From: an uncultured Eubacteriales bacterium
Lineage (GTDB): Bacteria; Bacillota; Clostridia; Oscillospirales; CAG-272
Direction: 5' to 3'
Length of the DNA: 64,000 nucleotides
Assembly: GCA_934385225.1 (NCBI GenBank)
Contig: CAKRPQ010000001.1
Coordinates: forward strand, 4,876-68,875
Below, piece by piece: positions 18,149-27,341 of this stretch (positions are counted from its first letter, which is position 1; the number at the start of each line of letters is the position of its first letter). The translations under genes and the position numbers were made by a program. The notes beneath the pieces were generated by a model that ran no database searches, was not told the origin of the DNA, and saw only the letters and a list, made by a program, of their open reading frames with translations.

Positions 18149-19135
18149 ATGAAAGCGATACTTGTCGGAAAAAACAAGGAACTCACATGGAGCGACGTAC
18201 CGAATCCCATTATGGGCGATGAGGACGTTCTCGTCGAAATACACTACGCCGCGATTAATCGCGCGGATCTTATGCAGAGAGACGGCGACTATCCGCCTCC
18301 TCCCGGCTGCCCCGATTGGATGGGTCTTGAAATTTCGGGAATCATTAAGGAAATGGGCAAAGCCGCAAAAGAAAAGAGCAATTTCAAGGTAGGCGATGCC
18401 GTCTGCGCGCTTCTCGGCGGCGGCGGATACGCGGAATACGTAAACGTGAAATACGATATGCTTATGCCCGTCCCCGAAGGCTGCTCTCTCCTTGAAGCCG
18501 CCGCAATGCCCGAAGCCTTTGCCACCTCGTACCTGAACCTCTTTATCGAGGGCAAAATCGAGCGCGGAAACACGCTCCTTATGCACGCGGGCGCAAGCGG
18601 ACTCGCAAGCGTTCTTATCCCCATGGCAAGAGCGTTCGGCGTAAGAGTAATTTCGACGGTCATAAACGACGAATATATAGAAAAGGTCAAAAAACTCGGC
18701 GCGGAAATCGTCGTAAATACAAAAAAAGAGGACATTGCGGAAGTTCTCAAAAAGCAGCTTGACGAGGGACACCCCGTCGACGTTGCGATCGACTGCCTCG
18801 GCGGCGAGATGATGGGCAGATGCCTGCCGTATATGCAGAGAGGCGGAAGATGGATCATGCTCGCGACGCTCGCGGGCGATATGACAGAGGTCAATCTCAA
18901 AAACATCTACGTCCGCAACATTCGCATAATCGGCAGCACGCTCCGTTCGAGAACGCCCGCGGTAAAGGCGCAAATCCTTTCCGAGCTGGTTAAAAACATC
19001 TGGCCGAAGGTGACAAGCGGCGAAGTTCGCGCGACCGTTCACGCGACCTACCCGATAACGGAAGCAGAAGAAGGTCAGAGGCAGCTCTCCGAAGGCAAGA
19101 GCGTCGGCAAAGTCGTGCTTGTAGTAAAGGAATAA
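18149..19135 (+). CDS. NAD(P)H:quinone oxidoreductase (MDR/zeta-crystallin family)
   Basis: VEIHYAAINRADLMQRDGDYPPPPG ... HAGASGLASVLIPMAR (Rossmann AxxGxxG) ... GKVVLVV. GGAGG RBS. Confidence 0.88.
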   Translation: MKAILVGKNKELTWSDVPNPIMGDEDVLVEIHYAAINRADLMQRDGDYPPPPGCPDWMGLEISGIIKEMGKAAKEKSNFKVGDAVCALLGGGGYAEYVNVKYDMLMPVPEGCSLLEAAAMPEAFATSYLNLFIEGKIERGNTLLMHAGASGLASVLIPMARAFGVRVISTVINDEYIEKVKKLGAEIVVNTKKEDIAEVLKKQLDEGHPVDVAIDCLGGEMMGRCLPYMQRGGRWIMLATLAGDMTEVNLKNIYVRNIRIIGSTLRSRTPAVKAQILSELVKNIWPKVTSGEVRATVHATYPITEAEEGQRQLSEGKSVGKVVLVVKE

Positions 19136-19148
19136 TAAGTCGAAAATA

Positions 19149-19191
19149 AAGGGCAGCCGCAAAACATTGAGTTATGCGGCTGCCCTTCTTT
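19149..19191. terminator. bidirectional terminator between convergent qor-like and holA genes
   Basis: AAGGGCAGCCGC (19149-19160) pairs with GCGGCTGCCCTT (19176-19187). A/T runs lie on both sides. Confidence 0.65.
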
Positions 19192-20221
19192 ACTCCGAGC
19201 AGATGAACATTTCTATTGCGCCGTACCCCTGCGGAGAGAGTTTAAGGCGTCTGTCCGTCTCGGCGCAAAGTTCTATTCGCCGATAAAGCGTTTTGTAGTC
19301 TGTCTTTTGCGCCGCGCGCGCGTAAATTTTCGCGCGGTATTCGTTCATTATCTTCGCTTTTCCTATATCGGCGCATGTCATTCCGTCGTCGATCAGGCGT
19401 TTTATCGTCAGAATATCGCATATCGTCCGCGAAATATCGCCGAAAATTATCAGCGGATCGACTCGTCTGAATTTGAGGAAATCAAGAATTTCAAGTGCGT
19501 CGCCGTTTCGTCCCTCCATAACGGCATTTGCAAATGCAAAGCTGTCAAAATCTGTCTCCGAAACGCAGACGTTCCGTATATCCGCCTCGGTTACGCTGTC
19601 GCGCCCGTTCCACAGCACATACGCGCAGAGCTTTTCAGCCTCGCCCGACAGGCGGAACATATCGCCGCCGCAGTAATCGACAAAGAAACGCGCCGTTTTC
19701 TCGTCCGCTTTCACACCGCCGTGTTCAAAATGCTTTATCGCCCAGCCGCAAAGGCGCGCGGGCGAGACTTTTTCAAATCGGACAAGCGACAGGTATTCGC
19801 CGAGTTTTGTCAGGAGCGCCGACGGCTTCTGCGCGGAATACCCTTCGTCGATAAGCCCCGCCGCGACGTTTATTATAAGCACGTTGTAGTCGTATTCGGG
19901 AAGCACGGCAAGAACTTCGCAGATATCCGCAATATCGCTCTGCCTCATCGCCGTGAAATCAAGTCCCGAAACCGTCACGAGCTTTTTCTCGCTCGACATC
20001 GGCGGCGGCATAAGCGCGTCAAGGAGCTTTGCGGGCGTAAAATCGAGCGCGTCGATGCGTATATCGTTGAAAAAGGCGAAACTTTCATCAGTCGAAACGG
20101 CGGCGCGCGCGGTTCTTAAAGCGTTCGCCTTCATATAGTCCTCGTCGCCGTAGAAAAGATAGCCCGTCGCGGGTCTTACCTTCACTTCTTTTCTGAATTC
20201 CGACTCTGTCATTATCTTCAT
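19190..20221 (-). CDS. holA: DNA polymerase III delta subunit
   Basis: 343 aa. The N-terminus ATGYLFYGDEDYMKANAL and overall length match HolA. It overlaps the upstream gene by 4 nt. Confidence 0.88.
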   Translation of the reverse strand: MKIMTESEFRKEVKVRPATGYLFYGDEDYMKANALRTARAAVSTDESFAFFNDIRIDALDFTPAKLLDALMPPPMSSEKKLVTVSGLDFTAMRQSDIADICEVLAVLPEYDYNVLIINVAAGLIDEGYSAQKPSALLTKLGEYLSLVRFEKVSPARLCGWAIKHFEHGGVKADEKTARFFVDYCGGDMFRLSGEAEKLCAYVLWNGRDSVTEADIRNVCVSETDFDSFAFANAVMEGRNGDALEILDFLKFRRVDPLIIFGDISRTICDILTIKRLIDDGMTCADIGKAKIMNEYRAKIYARAAQKTDYKTLYRRIELCAETDRRLKLSPQGYGAIEMFICSE

Positions 20222-21513
20222 CTCTGTTCACCCGCGATAACGCCTTTGCCCGTCGCTTTTATTTCGTCCGATGCCGTCACGACCGAGAACGGCGCTCCAT
20301 AGAATGTCATTGCCGTCTGCACGGAGGTGTCAGAAACATCGCCGCCAAGAAAAGCGACGAGATTTGCGTAGAGAACGTCTACGGGATCGCCCGTTTCATA
20401 ATCGAGCGCGAGCGAGCTTGCGATATTCTCCGTGCCGTTCTCGCCCGTCGCCGCGTTTATGTTCGGTGAGCGGTGAACGCCGCCCGCCTCATAGTACATA
20501 ATTTCGCCCTCGTAGAGCGGGAACGAGCGCAGGAGGCTCGCCGAGCTTCCGCGTTTTACCGCCGCCGACGCAATGATTTCAGGCGAATAGCCCTCGTTAT
20601 AGCCGTACATACAGTATTCGCCGCCCTCGTGTTCGGAAAGAGACACGGTAAGACCGCTCGCGGTATAGGCGTAGCCGTTTTTGTAGCCGTTTTCTTCGAG
20701 TGCAGAGCAGATTATGCGCAGTCTGTATGCGTCCGCGAGCAGATTCGGGTCAAGAATACACGTCCCGTACTCGTTTTCGCGCAGAAAGTCAAGATATTCG
20801 TCCGCGACGGTGAACTTCACCGTATATTTTTCGTCGTCAAGAAACTCAATGTCAAAATAATCGGGGTTTGATGTCATTTCGGCAAGACGCGCGATGCGCT
20901 CCGCCGTTTTTTCGTTTACGGACGGATCAAATTCGGTTGCCTCCTCCGCTTCGAGCGACAGTATTGCGTTCCATTCTTCAAAAAGCGCGCCCGCAAAAAG
21001 GTTATAGCCCGTCCCAGCCGCGCCCTCGCGCGTTTTTTTCGCAGCGTCGGCAAGGATTCCGTAAAGCTCTTTTCCGACGCTCACTTCTTCCCCGACCGAC
21101 GCGTTGAGCGTCGCGATATTGGAATATCCGTCATAAGTATTCTTCGCGTCAAGCAGCTTATAGGAGCGCAGGAGCGCCTGCGAATAGACGTCGCCGAGCT
21201 GTTTTATGCCGTTCCTTATTTCCGCGCTTTCGCCCGTGAAGTAATATTTCAGGTGAAAACCGACCGAATACATCGGCGTTTCCTGATTTTTTTCGGCGGA
21301 TATATCGTAGTAGCCCTCGTCGCGGTGAATGACGCGCGAAACGCCGTAGGAAAAGGCGACAATGGCGACGGTAAACGCGACGATAAAGAGCGCAAGCCGC
21401 AAGCCGACGTGCTTTTCGCTCACCTCTATATTGTCCTTATCGCCTTTTTCCTTTTTCTCTTTTATTTTTTTCGGATCGGCGGTGCTGTTTTCGTCTTTTT
21501 TTCCGAATTTCAC
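20218..21513 (-). CDS. membrane-anchored protein, possibly ApbE-like (tentative)
   Basis: Start re-called to GTG 21513 (AAGAGG 7 nt upstream), because the track's start at 21720 lies inside oppF. A K/E-rich N-terminus is followed by one TM (LALFIVAFTVAIVAFSY) and a soluble domain whose block order loosely recalls ApbE. Confidence 0.6.
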   Translation of the reverse strand: MKFGKKDENSTADPKKIKEKKEKGDKDNIEVSEKHVGLRLALFIVAFTVAIVAFSYGVSRVIHRDEGYYDISAEKNQETPMYSVGFHLKYYFTGESAEIRNGIKQLGDVYSQALLRSYKLLDAKNTYDGYSNIATLNASVGEEVSVGKELYGILADAAKKTREGAAGTGYNLFAGALFEEWNAILSLEAEEATEFDPSVNEKTAERIARLAEMTSNPDYFDIEFLDDEKYTVKFTVADEYLDFLRENEYGTCILDPNLLADAYRLRIICSALEENGYKNGYAYTASGLTVSLSEHEGGEYCMYGYNEGYSPEIIASAAVKRGSSASLLRSFPLYEGEIMYYEAGGVHRSPNINAATGENGTENIASSLALDYETGDPVDVLYANLVAFLGGDVSDTSVQTAMTFYGAPFSVVTASDEIKATGKGVIAGEQR

Positions 21514-21598
21514 TTTTTTACCTCTTGTTTCTTGTTTTTCGGCGGATAGTAAAATATCGTCCCAAAGCAAAGAAAGGGACGATATTTTCTGCTCGGTT

Positions 21599-22546
21599 TT
21601 ATCCGAATCTGACCTGTTTATAATGCTCTGTCTCCTCCGCGTTTCCGAACACCATATGACCGTTTCCGATATCGACAAGGCTCGGCTTTTCGGTCTCGTA
21701 ATGATGTATCGACGGGTCATAGACGAACAGTTTCTTGTTCTTCTCTATGATCGGGTCCGGAACGGGTATTGCGGACATAAGCGACTTTGTATAGGGGTGA
21801 AGCGGGTACTTGAAGAGTTCCTCCGTCTCGGCGATCTCCATAATGCGTCCCTTATAAATAACGACGATACGGTCGCTTATAAAGCGGACTATCGAGAGGT
21901 CGTGCGCGATGAAGAGGTAGGTAAGTCCTCTTTCCTTCTGGAACTTTTTGAGAAGGTTAAGCACCTGCGCGCGTATCGACACGTCGAGTGCGGAAATAGG
22001 CTCGTCCGCAACGATAAATTCAGGCTCCATTACGAGCGAACGCGCAAGACCGACACGCTGACGCTGACCGCCCGAAAACTCGTGCGGGTAACGTGTGAGG
22101 TGTTCGGGAAGAAGTCCGACCTCGCGCGTGATGTTCTCTATTTTCGCCATTCTGTCCTTCTCGTCCTTGTAAAGGTGGAAGTTGTAAAGTCCCTCGGAAA
22201 TGATATATTCTATCGTCGCGCGCTCGTTAAGAGAAGCGGCGGGATCCTGGAATATCATCTGAATTTTTCTGATCACTTCGCGGTCGTCCTTGCGGGAGAG
22301 TTTACCCGAAATCTTTTTACCGTCGTAGTAGATCGCGCCCGCGGAGCAGGGGTTGATACGGACGATTGCTCTGCCTATCGTCGTTTTGCCCGAACCCGAC
22401 TCGCCGACAAGAGAAAGCGTTTCGCCCTTGTAGATATCGAAGCTGACGTTGTCAACCGCCTTGAACGACTTCCTGCCGCGTCCGAAAACGACGTCAAGAT
22501 TCTGTATAGACAGGATCGGTTTCTTCTCGCTCTTATTGCTATCCAT
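21599..22546 (-). CDS. oppF: oligopeptide ABC transporter ATP-binding protein
   Basis: Walker [10 protein letters not shown], signature FSGGQRQR, Walker B FIVADEP, and a C-terminal oligopeptide-type extension. AGGAGG RBS. Confidence 0.9.
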   Translation of the reverse strand: MDSNKSEKKPILSIQNLDVVFGRGRKSFKAVDNVSFDIYKGETLSLVGESGSGKTTIGRAIVRINPCSAGAIYYDGKKISGKLSRKDDREVIRKIQMIFQDPAASLNERATIEYIISEGLYNFHLYKDEKDRMAKIENITREVGLLPEHLTRYPHEFSGGQRQRVGLARSLVMEPEFIVADEPISALDVSIRAQVLNLLKKFQKERGLTYLFIAHDLSIVRFISDRIVVIYKGRIMEIAETEELFKYPLHPYTKSLMSAIPVPDPIIEKNKKLFVYDPSIHHYETEKPSLVDIGNGHMVFGNAEETEHYKQVRFG

Positions 22547-22557
22547 AACGCTCCTCC

Positions 22558-24363
22558 TTATGACTCGAAATCGACATGAGCTTTAAGCATTTTCTCATGC
22601 AGATTTCTGATATTTTCGGGAATTTCCGTTTTCGGTGCTCTCGGATCGAGAAGCCACGTTTTTGCGTAGTGCGTCTCGCTGACCTTGAACATCGGCGGTT
22701 CTTCCACAAGGTCTATCGCCATGGCATAGCTGTTTCTCGGCGCAAAAGCGTCTCCGATAATCTTGTTGTAAAGCGACGGAGGCGTTCCGGGTATGGAGAA
22801 CAGATCCGTTCCCTTTTCCGCGATCTGCGGAAGCGAGGATAGAAGAGCCCATGTGTACGGGTGACGCGGGTCGTAGAATATCTCCTCTACCGAACCGACT
22901 TCGACTATCTGACCGCCGTAGAGAACGGCAACGCGTTCCGCAACGTTCGCAACGACACCGAGGTCGTGCGTGATATAAATGGTAGTGAAGCCGAGTTCCT
23001 TTTGAAGATCCTTTATAAGTCTTATGATCTGCGCCTGTATCGTAACGTCAAGTGCCGTCGTCGGCTCGTCGCAGATGAGTATCTTCGGCTGGCAGGAAAG
23101 CGCTATCGCGATAACGATACGCTGTCTCATACCGCCCGAATATTCAAACGGGTAGTCGTTGAAACGCTTTTCGGGGTCGGGGATACCGACTTTCGCCATA
23201 ATGTCGAGAGTACGCTTTTTCGCCTCCGCATTCGAGCATTTCTGGTGTTTCAGAATGACCGTCATTATCTGTTTTCCGATGGTTATGACGGGGTTAAGCG
23301 ACGTCATAGGATCCTGGAAGACAGTCGCAATGCGGCGGCCTCTTATCTGCTGCCAGTCCTTTGCGTACTTGACCTTCGCGCAGTCGAGAATGACGTAGCC
23401 GTGAAGAATGTTTTTCTCCTCGTCGATCGAGCGGAACTCAACGCGGAACGCAACAACCTCAAAAATTCTGTTGAGAACTTCGGGGTCTGTCAGATCCTCG
23501 CCGACGCTCATCGCCATGGCGAACGCCTTGTTCAGCTTGTGCATGAACATTATCTGCGATCTCCTCGGGTATCTTCCGATAGAGAGAAGAACTTCGTAGC
23601 CGATTATTTTGTTTCTTTCTATAACCTTATCCGAAAGCCCGTAGGGGTTGTTTTCGTTATCGGGAACAAGAATTTTGCGTTTTCTCTCGGCGAGCAGCTT
23701 TGCAAGCTCCGCACTGTCTGTTTTCTGTGCGTCTCCGTGCGCATATTCGGCTTTATGCTTCTTTACGAGCGCCTTGTAGTCGTCCGCAGCCTTCTTCATC
23801 TTTGCCGAAAGCTCTGCGATATTCTTTTTTGTAGCCTCTATCTCGCGGCGGTCATTTTCGTTTTTCTTATCGAGCGTTTGGAGATAGTTATTAAGATCGA
23901 CGATGTTATCTTTAAGTTCTTTCATCGTCTTTTTATAGGCGCGTGCTTCATCAACGGACGCCGTTTTCGCAAATTTTACCGAATTTTTCTTTTCGAGGTA
24001 CGCGCGATACTCCGCAGCGCCTCTTTCAAGGCGGGAATTGCGGTTAAGCATATCCGTGATACGCGAAAGAAGTCTGCGGTTATAGGACGTGAGCGCAACG
24101 TCTGTCTTTGAGATCTCGTCGTCCGAGAAAATTATGCTTCCGTTTGAAACAAAACCGTTGGATTCGAGCATTCCGGCAAAAGTTTTTGTAAGAACGCTCT
24201 TTCCCGAACCGGATTCGCCGACGATGGCGAGCGATTCGTTTTCGTATATATCGAGCGAGACATTGCGTATCGCCGACAGAACTCTGCCTCTGACGTTGAA
24301 CTTTACGTCAACGTTTTTAAGGGAAAGAAGAACCTTTTTTTCGTTATTGTTGTTTTCTGCCAT
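22558..24363 (-). CDS. oppD: oligopeptide ABC transporter ATP-binding protein with a ~250-aa insertion
   Basis: Walker A GESGSGKS (aa 49-56), but the Q-loop IATVFQDP appears only at aa 345-352. Signature YSGGMRQR and Walker B ILICDEP follow normally. GGGAGG RBS. Confidence 0.88.
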   Translation of the reverse strand: MAENNNNEKKVLLSLKNVDVKFNVRGRVLSAIRNVSLDIYENESLAIVGESGSGKSVLTKTFAGMLESNGFVSNGSIIFSDDEISKTDVALTSYNRRLLSRITDMLNRNSRLERGAAEYRAYLEKKNSVKFAKTASVDEARAYKKTMKELKDNIVDLNNYLQTLDKKNENDRREIEATKKNIAELSAKMKKAADDYKALVKKHKAEYAHGDAQKTDSAELAKLLAERKRKILVPDNENNPYGLSDKVIERNKIIGYEVLLSIGRYPRRSQIMFMHKLNKAFAMAMSVGEDLTDPEVLNRIFEVVAFRVEFRSIDEEKNILHGYVILDCAKVKYAKDWQQIRGRRIATVFQDPMTSLNPVITIGKQIMTVILKHQKCSNAEAKKRTLDIMAKVGIPDPEKRFNDYPFEYSGGMRQRIVIAIALSCQPKILICDEPTTALDVTIQAQIIRLIKDLQKELGFTTIYITHDLGVVANVAERVAVLYGGQIVEVGSVEEIFYDPRHPYTWALLSSLPQIAEKGTDLFSIPGTPPSLYNKIIGDAFAPRNSYAMAIDLVEEPPMFKVSETHYAKTWLLDPRAPKTEIPENIRNLHEKMLKAHVDFES

Positions 24364-24376
24364 TACGCTTCCTCCC

Positions 24377-25357
24377 TTACATATGCGTTCTCGGGTCGGA
24401 CGCGTCTGCGAGGTTCTGACCGAGGACGTAGAGAATTATCGTGATAAGGGACGCGATGGCAACGGGCGGCCAGAATTCCCACGGGAAAACGAGGAACGAG
24501 GACTGCGCCTGCTGGATCATACGTCCGAGGGACGGAACGCTTGCGCTAAGACCAACTCCGATATAGGAGAGGAACACTTCCATCGAGATGTACGAGGGAA
24601 GCTCGGTTGCAAGCACCGTAACGATGACGGAGGTGAGGAACGGGAGAATATTCTTCGAAACCATACGCGGTATCGGCGTTCCGAGACATCTTGAAGCGAG
24701 CGAATACTCACGGTCGCGGATAACCATAACCTGCGTTCTGAAAAAGTACGCGATAGAGAGCCAGCCTGTGACCGTAAGCGAGAAAATGAAGCTCCAAAAG
24801 CCCGAACCGATGATATAAACGAGCACGGAAACGAGAAGAATATAAGGAACGTTTGCAATGATGTTGTAAATGACCATCATAATAGAGTCAAGGGTCTTGG
24901 AGTAACCCCAGACTGCGCCCATAATAATACCGACGAACATATTTATTGCCGCGCAGATCGTTGCAAGGAGCAGCGATGTACGGGCCGACGCGATGATACC
25001 GTAGAGAATGGAGTTACCCATTGCGCCCGAACCGAACAGCCACTTAAACGAGAAGCCGCCCGTTTTTGCCATAGCCTTTGCGGGGCTGAGGTTGAACATT
25101 GAGGTATCTGTGACATTCTCCATCGGGTCGTACTGCCAGAAGATAGGCATAATGAACGACACGAGAATGATCGTCGCGAACACAATGAGGAGAAAAATGT
25201 TTATCTTCTTGCGGAAGAACACTCTGAACACGGACTGCCAGTAGGAATAACGCGGAGCGATAATCCTCTCGGAGTCGATAGCGTCGTTGTTTATGAAGCG
25301 GAACAGATCGTCCTTATTTTCGTTTTTGAGGTCTTTTTCGAGATCCTTATCCATCAT
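24377..25357 (-). CDS. oppC: oligopeptide ABC transporter permease
   Basis: 326 aa. BPD_transp_1-type core with the EAA-like block SLASRCLGTPIPRMVSKNILP. It overlaps oppB by 4 nt. Confidence 0.9.
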   Translation of the reverse strand: MMDKDLEKDLKNENKDDLFRFINNDAIDSERIIAPRYSYWQSVFRVFFRKKINIFLLIVFATIILVSFIMPIFWQYDPMENVTDTSMFNLSPAKAMAKTGGFSFKWLFGSGAMGNSILYGIIASARTSLLLATICAAINMFVGIIMGAVWGYSKTLDSIMMVIYNIIANVPYILLVSVLVYIIGSGFWSFIFSLTVTGWLSIAYFFRTQVMVIRDREYSLASRCLGTPIPRMVSKNILPFLTSVIVTVLATELPSYISMEVFLSYIGVGLSASVPSLGRMIQQAQSSFLVFPWEFWPPVAIASLITIILYVLGQNLADASDPRTHM

Positions 25358-26934
25358 CTTCCGCCTCCTTTCTCCTTGGACAGTGAAATTCTCGGGTCAT
25401 ATTTGGCAAGAAGAAGGTCGCCGAGAATGACCGAAATAATTGAGAGTGTTGTATAGAACACGGTACAGGCTACGATTACGCCGTTATCGTGTGTATTGAT
25501 CGCGACGGTGAGCAGGTTTCCGACGCCGGGAACGGCATAAACGCGCTCGGTAATGATTGCGCCGGTAAGACAGCCGAGAATACTTGCGGGGATACCGTGA
25601 ACGAGGTAAATTAGAGCGTTCTTCGAAATGTGAATTTTATAAATTTCCTTTTCGGAGAGCCCCTCGGCGCGCGCGAACTTAACGTAGTCGGAGTTCATCT
25701 GGTCTATCATATAACGTCTCATCCACTTCATAAGGCTGCCGATCTGCGGAAGTGCGAGAGAAATGGTCGGGAGAACGTAAGCAAGCACTTTTACGTTTGC
25801 GTTCGCGAACTTATAGGGCAGTCCGAAGAGGGACGTACCGACTGCGGCGAACATAAAGATATACGCAAGCGACGGAACAGCCATAATGAAGATGATGTAG
25901 GCGTTACCGATTTTGTCGGCGAGCTTGTCCTTGCGTCTCGCCATAAGAATACCGAGCGGCAGACCGAGCATATATGCGATTATAGTCGCGATAAGACCGA
26001 TAACGAAGGAGTTTTCGAGAATTGAAAGTCCTTCCATATGGAAATCGGAGACGGTATATCTGTCGGGGTAGTTCTTTACATCGGTTTCGCTGAGCGTACC
26101 GTAGTTGTAGCGGAGCGAATGGAAGTCTATCGCCGTTTCCGAATACTCGTCGGTGCCGAGCTGGTTCGGGAACTGCTGCTTAAACGGAGTTTTAAGGCTG
26201 CCCGCGGGCTTATTCATAACCGTCGTAATCTCCTGTCCGCGGTAAGTCGTGTAGGAGGTTCCGAGGTTTATATTTATAAAGTTCTGATGTATGAACGGGA
26301 AACGGCCGTCGAAATACAGCAGATATTTATGGAGCGTACCCGATCCGACAATGGCAAAAGGACCTCCGTAGGGGTCTTTCTCAAAGCGGACGTAGCGCTC
26401 GGTGAGGTTTTCGTCCTTTACATAATTCTTTGTGTCAAAGGAGATAAATCCTTTTACATAATCGACAAGGCGGAAGAATACGTTGCGTTCGTTTATGGCG
26501 ATGAGGTAGCCTTTTCCGCCGGGTTTTGCCGTGCCGTCGGAATAGTTTACGGGTTCAAGCCATTTTATGTCATAATTCTTGTATTTTTCCTTAAATTCAT
26601 TAACGGATTCGTTTGTTTCGTACTTATCCTTTTTCTGAATAGCGCGGAGATCGGCTTTGTAGTCGTCCTTTTCGGTGTAGCCGTCGCCGTAGATCGCCTG
26701 ATACTTCTCTTTAAGGAAGCTCGTATAGTTTACGAAGTTAAGGTAGCCGTACTTCTGGTACTGTGTGTACTCATAGTAAGCACGGTCGTTGTTCGACTTT
26801 TTGTTCCATGCGTCGTCCGTCTGGAAGATAACGTTTCTGTTGATACAGGTGTAGACAAGAAACATTACTGCCATTGTAACGACAAGCAGGGAAAAAATCG
26901 AGAAGAGGATTCGATTTAAGAGATATTTTTTCAT
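25354..26934 (-). CDS. oppB: oligopeptide ABC transporter permease with an enlarged extracytoplasmic loop
   Basis: The typical OppB N-terminus MKKYLLNRILFSIFSLLVV is followed by about 275 aa before the next TM. The permease core carries VKFARAEGLSEKEIYKIHISKNAL. Confidence 0.88.
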   Translation of the reverse strand: MKKYLLNRILFSIFSLLVVTMAVMFLVYTCINRNVIFQTDDAWNKKSNNDRAYYEYTQYQKYGYLNFVNYTSFLKEKYQAIYGDGYTEKDDYKADLRAIQKKDKYETNESVNEFKEKYKNYDIKWLEPVNYSDGTAKPGGKGYLIAINERNVFFRLVDYVKGFISFDTKNYVKDENLTERYVRFEKDPYGGPFAIVGSGTLHKYLLYFDGRFPFIHQNFININLGTSYTTYRGQEITTVMNKPAGSLKTPFKQQFPNQLGTDEYSETAIDFHSLRYNYGTLSETDVKNYPDRYTVSDFHMEGLSILENSFVIGLIATIIAYMLGLPLGILMARRKDKLADKIGNAYIIFIMAVPSLAYIFMFAAVGTSLFGLPYKFANANVKVLAYVLPTISLALPQIGSLMKWMRRYMIDQMNSDYVKFARAEGLSEKEIYKIHISKNALIYLVHGIPASILGCLTGAIITERVYAVPGVGNLLTVAINTHDNGVIVACTVFYTTLSIISVILGDLLLAKYDPRISLSKEKGGGR

Positions 26935-26963
26935 GACACGAACGCTATAATTAAGTTTTTCAT
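26931..26963 (-). CDS. 10-codon upstream ORF (MKNLIIAFVS) overlapping the oppB start (ATGA)
   Basis: AAGGAAAAGGAG lies 10 nt upstream of ATG 26963. Its TGA (26933-26931) overlaps the oppB ATG (26934-26932). oppB itself has no purine-rich RBS. Confidence 0.3.
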   Translation of the reverse strand: MKNLIIAFVS

Positions 26964-27341
26964 TAACTATATTCTCCTTTTCCTTGACTTTCCGTCTTTA
27001 TTACAGGTATTTTTCACTTTCGCTTGAAAACAAAAAAAAGCCGACTTCTCCATTCACGACCGTCCGAGGTCCCTGAACAAAGAACTTAGCTTTTTCTGCC
27101 GTACTTTACACAAGTCTGGGCGCCGGTCTTTAATAAAAATCGTACCCGAACGCGCGAAACACGCCGTTATCAGCTTTATTTTGAGCCAACCGCAGCGGGT
27201 TCCGCGTGTCCGAGACGAAAATTTATGATTTAGGAAATCATTACGTCGGTGTGACCGCCGCGCGAGCCGTCTGCCGCCTGTGCATTTCTGCCGTCGGGAC
27301 GCCTCTGCGCGGTAAAATCACGCCTTAAAGTTATCCGGTTA

